In this document: positions 25,144 to 27,311 of the stretch, piece after piece
Layout of the letters: each line of letters starts with the position of its first letter
Numbering within the stretch: position 1 is the first letter of the stretch
Assembly: GCA_937864255.1 (NCBI GenBank)
Contig: CALMIT010000609.1
Coordinates: 1 to 27,311, forward strand
Source: an uncultured Saprospiraceae bacterium
GTDB lineage: Bacteria; Bacteroidota; Bacteroidia; Chitinophagales; Saprospiraceae
Direction: 5' to 3'
DNA: 27,311 nucleotides
Translations under genes and position numbers: made by a program
Notes under the pieces: generated by a model
What the model saw: the letters and a program-made list of their open reading frames with translations, nothing else
What the model was told of the DNA's origin: nothing
Database searches by the model: none

Positions 25144-25761
25144 ATGGAACATCAAAAACAACAGATTTTAGTACAGGCCGAAAGCCTCTTTTTAAGGTAT
25201 GGAATAAAAAGCGTGACTATGGACGACCTCGCCAGAGAATTGGGCGTGTCCAAAAAAACGCTTTATCAGTACATCGAAAACAAAGCTGACCTGATAAGCC
25301 AGATTATACTCAACCATGTAGAAGAGGAAACCGACTGTATCAATAGCATTTGCGACCAAACGCTCAATGCGGTGGAGCAGATGCTGGTAATCGGAAAATA
25401 CGTCGTTCAGCAATTAGGAAAGATTTCGCCCACGGTGGTTTACGATTTAAAAAAATATTACCGCCAGAGTTGGGAATTGATGGAAATGCTGCACCGCCAG
25501 CATGTGTATCAGGTGATTGTCAAAAACATTGAAAAAGGCATAAAAGAAGGTCTTTACAGAGAAAATTTGAATACGGACGTCATCGCCAAATTGTATGTCG
25601 GTAAGACTTTCCTTTTAGTGGATGAAGATATATTCCCTTTGAAAAATTATGAAAAAGAGCACCTTTTCAGGGAATTCATTTTTTATCATTTGTTCGGAAT
25701 AGTTTCTCAAAAAGGTCTGAAAACCCTTGAAAAACTTATTCCAAGATATTTAACTACCTAA
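25144..25761 (+). CDS. TetR/AcrR family transcriptional regulator
   Basis: N-terminal HTH 'FLRYGIKSVTMDDLARELGVSKKTLYQY..NKADLI' and 'GIKEGLYR'. Confidence 0.95.
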   Translation: MEHQKQQILVQAESLFLRYGIKSVTMDDLARELGVSKKTLYQYIENKADLISQIILNHVEEETDCINSICDQTLNAVEQMLVIGKYVVQQLGKISPTVVYDLKKYYRQSWELMEMLHRQHVYQVIVKNIEKGIKEGLYRENLNTDVIAKLYVGKTFLLVDEDIFPLKNYEKEHLFREFIFYHLFGIVSQKGLKTLEKLIPRYLTT

Positions 25762-25772
25762 ACTTCCTTTTT

Positions 25773-27104
25773 ATGAAGCGATTTATCGCATTGTTTCCCA
25801 ATCTCATAATTGGACTATGCCTCTACGCCCAACAAACTTTTTCACTCGATGAAGCGATTAATTACGCTCTTGCTGCCAACAACCAAATCAAACTCGCGAA
25901 AATAGATGTGGCTGATGCAGAAGGACAGCTTTTGGAATACAAATCCATCGGGATTCCGAAAGTGAATGCTTCTGTTGATTACAATTATTTTCCGCAGGTT
26001 CCTCAATTTTTGATTCCGCGCCAGTTTATTGATCCGGATGCTCCCGATGGCAGTTTTGCACTGTTGCCGGCGGGTACCGAGCAAGGCATGGTGGCAAAAA
26101 TAGAAGCCAGCGCCATCATTTTTGATGCCGCCTGGATAGTCGGATTGAAAGCGCAGCGCCTGTATCGAGAGCTGGTGGCGCGACAGGGACAAGCATCCGA
26201 GGAGAATGTGAAAGCTGCCGTTACAAAAGCGTACCTGGCTATTCTTATCGCCGAAAAAAACAAAGAGGTGCTTGAAAAAAATATTTCAAACCTCGAAAAA
26301 ACGCTCAAAGAAACCAGGGCTATTTTTGAAAATGGATTTGCAGAAAAACTTGATGTAGATCGTCTCCAACTCTCTTTCAATAATCTGACTATCGAAAAAG
26401 AGAAACTTGACAGGCTTATAACCATCAGCTATAATCTTTTGAAATTTCAAATGGGCTATCCGATGTCCGACGAAATTTCCATCAGCGATGATCTGGATAT
26501 GCTGATAGCAAAATTTACGGCAGAAGCCGTCGAGTTGGATGCACCCATTGACTTTAACAGTCGCTCTGAATATTCGGCAATTAATCTCGGCGAAGAACTG
26601 GCCAAGATCAATATCCGCCGTTATCGAATGGGCTATATCCCCGTAATCAACGCCTTCGGCAGCCATCAACAACAGTTGCAACGCAACAATCTTTTTGATA
26701 AAGAAGAAAACGGCTGGTTTGGCACTTCGGTGGTTGGTTTGAGCCTGAAAATTCCTGTTTTCGATGGTTTGGAAAAGAAGGCAAAGATTCAAAGGGCACG
26801 CATTCTGCTGGATAAAACTTATGTGCAAAAAAGTGATTTTGAGCGGGGAATGACTTTGGAAGTAAAAAATTCACGAATTGCCTACCTCAACGCACAAGAA
26901 TCTGTATCCACCACCGAGAAGAGCCTGCAATTGGCTCAGAATATTTACGACACGACTCAAATAAAATTCAGGGAAGGCGTAGGCTCCAGTCTCGAAGTGG
27001 CGCAGGCCGAGCGCGAATTATACACAGCACAGGCAAATTATACGAACGCACTTTACGAACTCCTTGTCGCAAAAGCTGATTTGGACAAAGCGCAAGGAAA
27101 ATAA
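25773..27104 (+). CDS. TolC family outer-membrane efflux protein
   Basis: Signal peptide ending LYA|Q, 'SLDEAINYAL', duplicated OEP repeats, 'GLSLKIPVFDG' and 'FREGVGSSLEVAQAE'. Confidence 0.93.
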   Translation: MKRFIALFPNLIIGLCLYAQQTFSLDEAINYALAANNQIKLAKIDVADAEGQLLEYKSIGIPKVNASVDYNYFPQVPQFLIPRQFIDPDAPDGSFALLPAGTEQGMVAKIEASAIIFDAAWIVGLKAQRLYRELVARQGQASEENVKAAVTKAYLAILIAEKNKEVLEKNISNLEKTLKETRAIFENGFAEKLDVDRLQLSFNNLTIEKEKLDRLITISYNLLKFQMGYPMSDEISISDDLDMLIAKFTAEAVELDAPIDFNSRSEYSAINLGEELAKINIRRYRMGYIPVINAFGSHQQQLQRNNLFDKEENGWFGTSVVGLSLKIPVFDGLEKKAKIQRARILLDKTYVQKSDFERGMTLEVKNSRIAYLNAQESVSTTEKSLQLAQNIYDTTQIKFREGVGSSLEVAQAERELYTAQANYTNALYELLVAKADLDKAQGK

Positions 27105-27135
27105 AATCACCTCAAACTTTAAAATTTATAAAATC

Positions 27136-27311
27136 ATGAAAAATATCTTTTCAATCATTTTATTCGGTCTGCTTTTGGCCGGTTGTGGCAGCAACAGTGT
27201 AGAAGAAATGACCTGGCCGGAAAGCCTGGAAGACAAAAAAGCACTTTTAAAAGAAAAAAGAAATACACTGGCTGAGGCAGAAAAAGACATTGCCCGCCTC
27301 GAAGAAGAGAT
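27136..27311 (+). CDS. Probable efflux RND periplasmic adaptor (membrane fusion) lipoprotein, 3'-truncated by the window edge
   Basis: Not in the ORF track. Hand translation gives MKNIFSIILFGLLLAG|CGSNSVEEMTWPESLEDKKALLKEKRNTLAEAEKDIARLEEE, a lipobox followed by a coiled coil, downstream of tetR-tolC. The product call rests mainly on context. Confidence 0.7.
   Translation, partial: MKNIFSIILFGLLLAGCGSNSVEEMTWPESLEDKKALLKEKRNTLAEAEKDIARLEEE

Noticed and set aside
4845-25832. Gln at +1 after the signal peptide in four exported proteins (DUF6089, DUF6029, TlpA, TolC)
   Set aside because: The pattern is real but is the established Bacteroidota Q-rule (N-terminal pyroglutamate formation). It was used only as taxonomic support.
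1-27311. Mobile elements, CRISPR arrays, tRNA/rRNA, defence or toxin systems
   Set aside because: By eye I found no transposase, integrase or phage ORFs, no spaced direct repeats and no tRNA cloverleaf or rRNA-like segments. Nearly all the sequence is accounted for by protein-coding genes.

Overview
This window is a gene-dense, AT-rich stretch of a Bacteroidota chromosome (roughly 40% GC by eye, not computed). The assignment rests on TAnnTTTG sigma-A promoter boxes, signal peptides that cleave before Gln, AT-rich translation starts without Shine-Dalgarno sequences, and Omp28/DUF6029/DUF6089-type proteins. It holds 26 CDS, two of them cut by the window edges. Most are housekeeping or envelope genes: a UPF0104 flippase-like protein, a group II GGGP synthase, Wzz plus an O-antigen ligase/polymerase, a LMW-PTP, trkA-trkH, thrC, der, two sugar nucleotidyltransferases, meaB, slyD, a Des-like desaturase, riboflavin synthase, an AstE/AspA-family hydrolase, aminopeptidase P, an ECF sigma factor and TetR-TolC-MFP efflux genes. 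I found no rRNA, tRNA, CRISPR array, transposase, integrase or phage gene. Three things stand out. (1) A four-gene module at 13273-16897 may form a thiol-disulfide relay across the outer membrane: a beta-barrel whose only mature cysteines are a C-x4-C pair in the last loop, a CxxC lipoprotein (Omp28-like), a periplasmic CxxC TlpA, and a DUF1801 protein. (2) Two parS palindromes, one inside thrC, suggest the window is origin-proximal. (3) An archaeal-type GGGP synthase has its own promoter and a small membrane protein directly downstream. All family assignments come from motif recognition; no database search was run.
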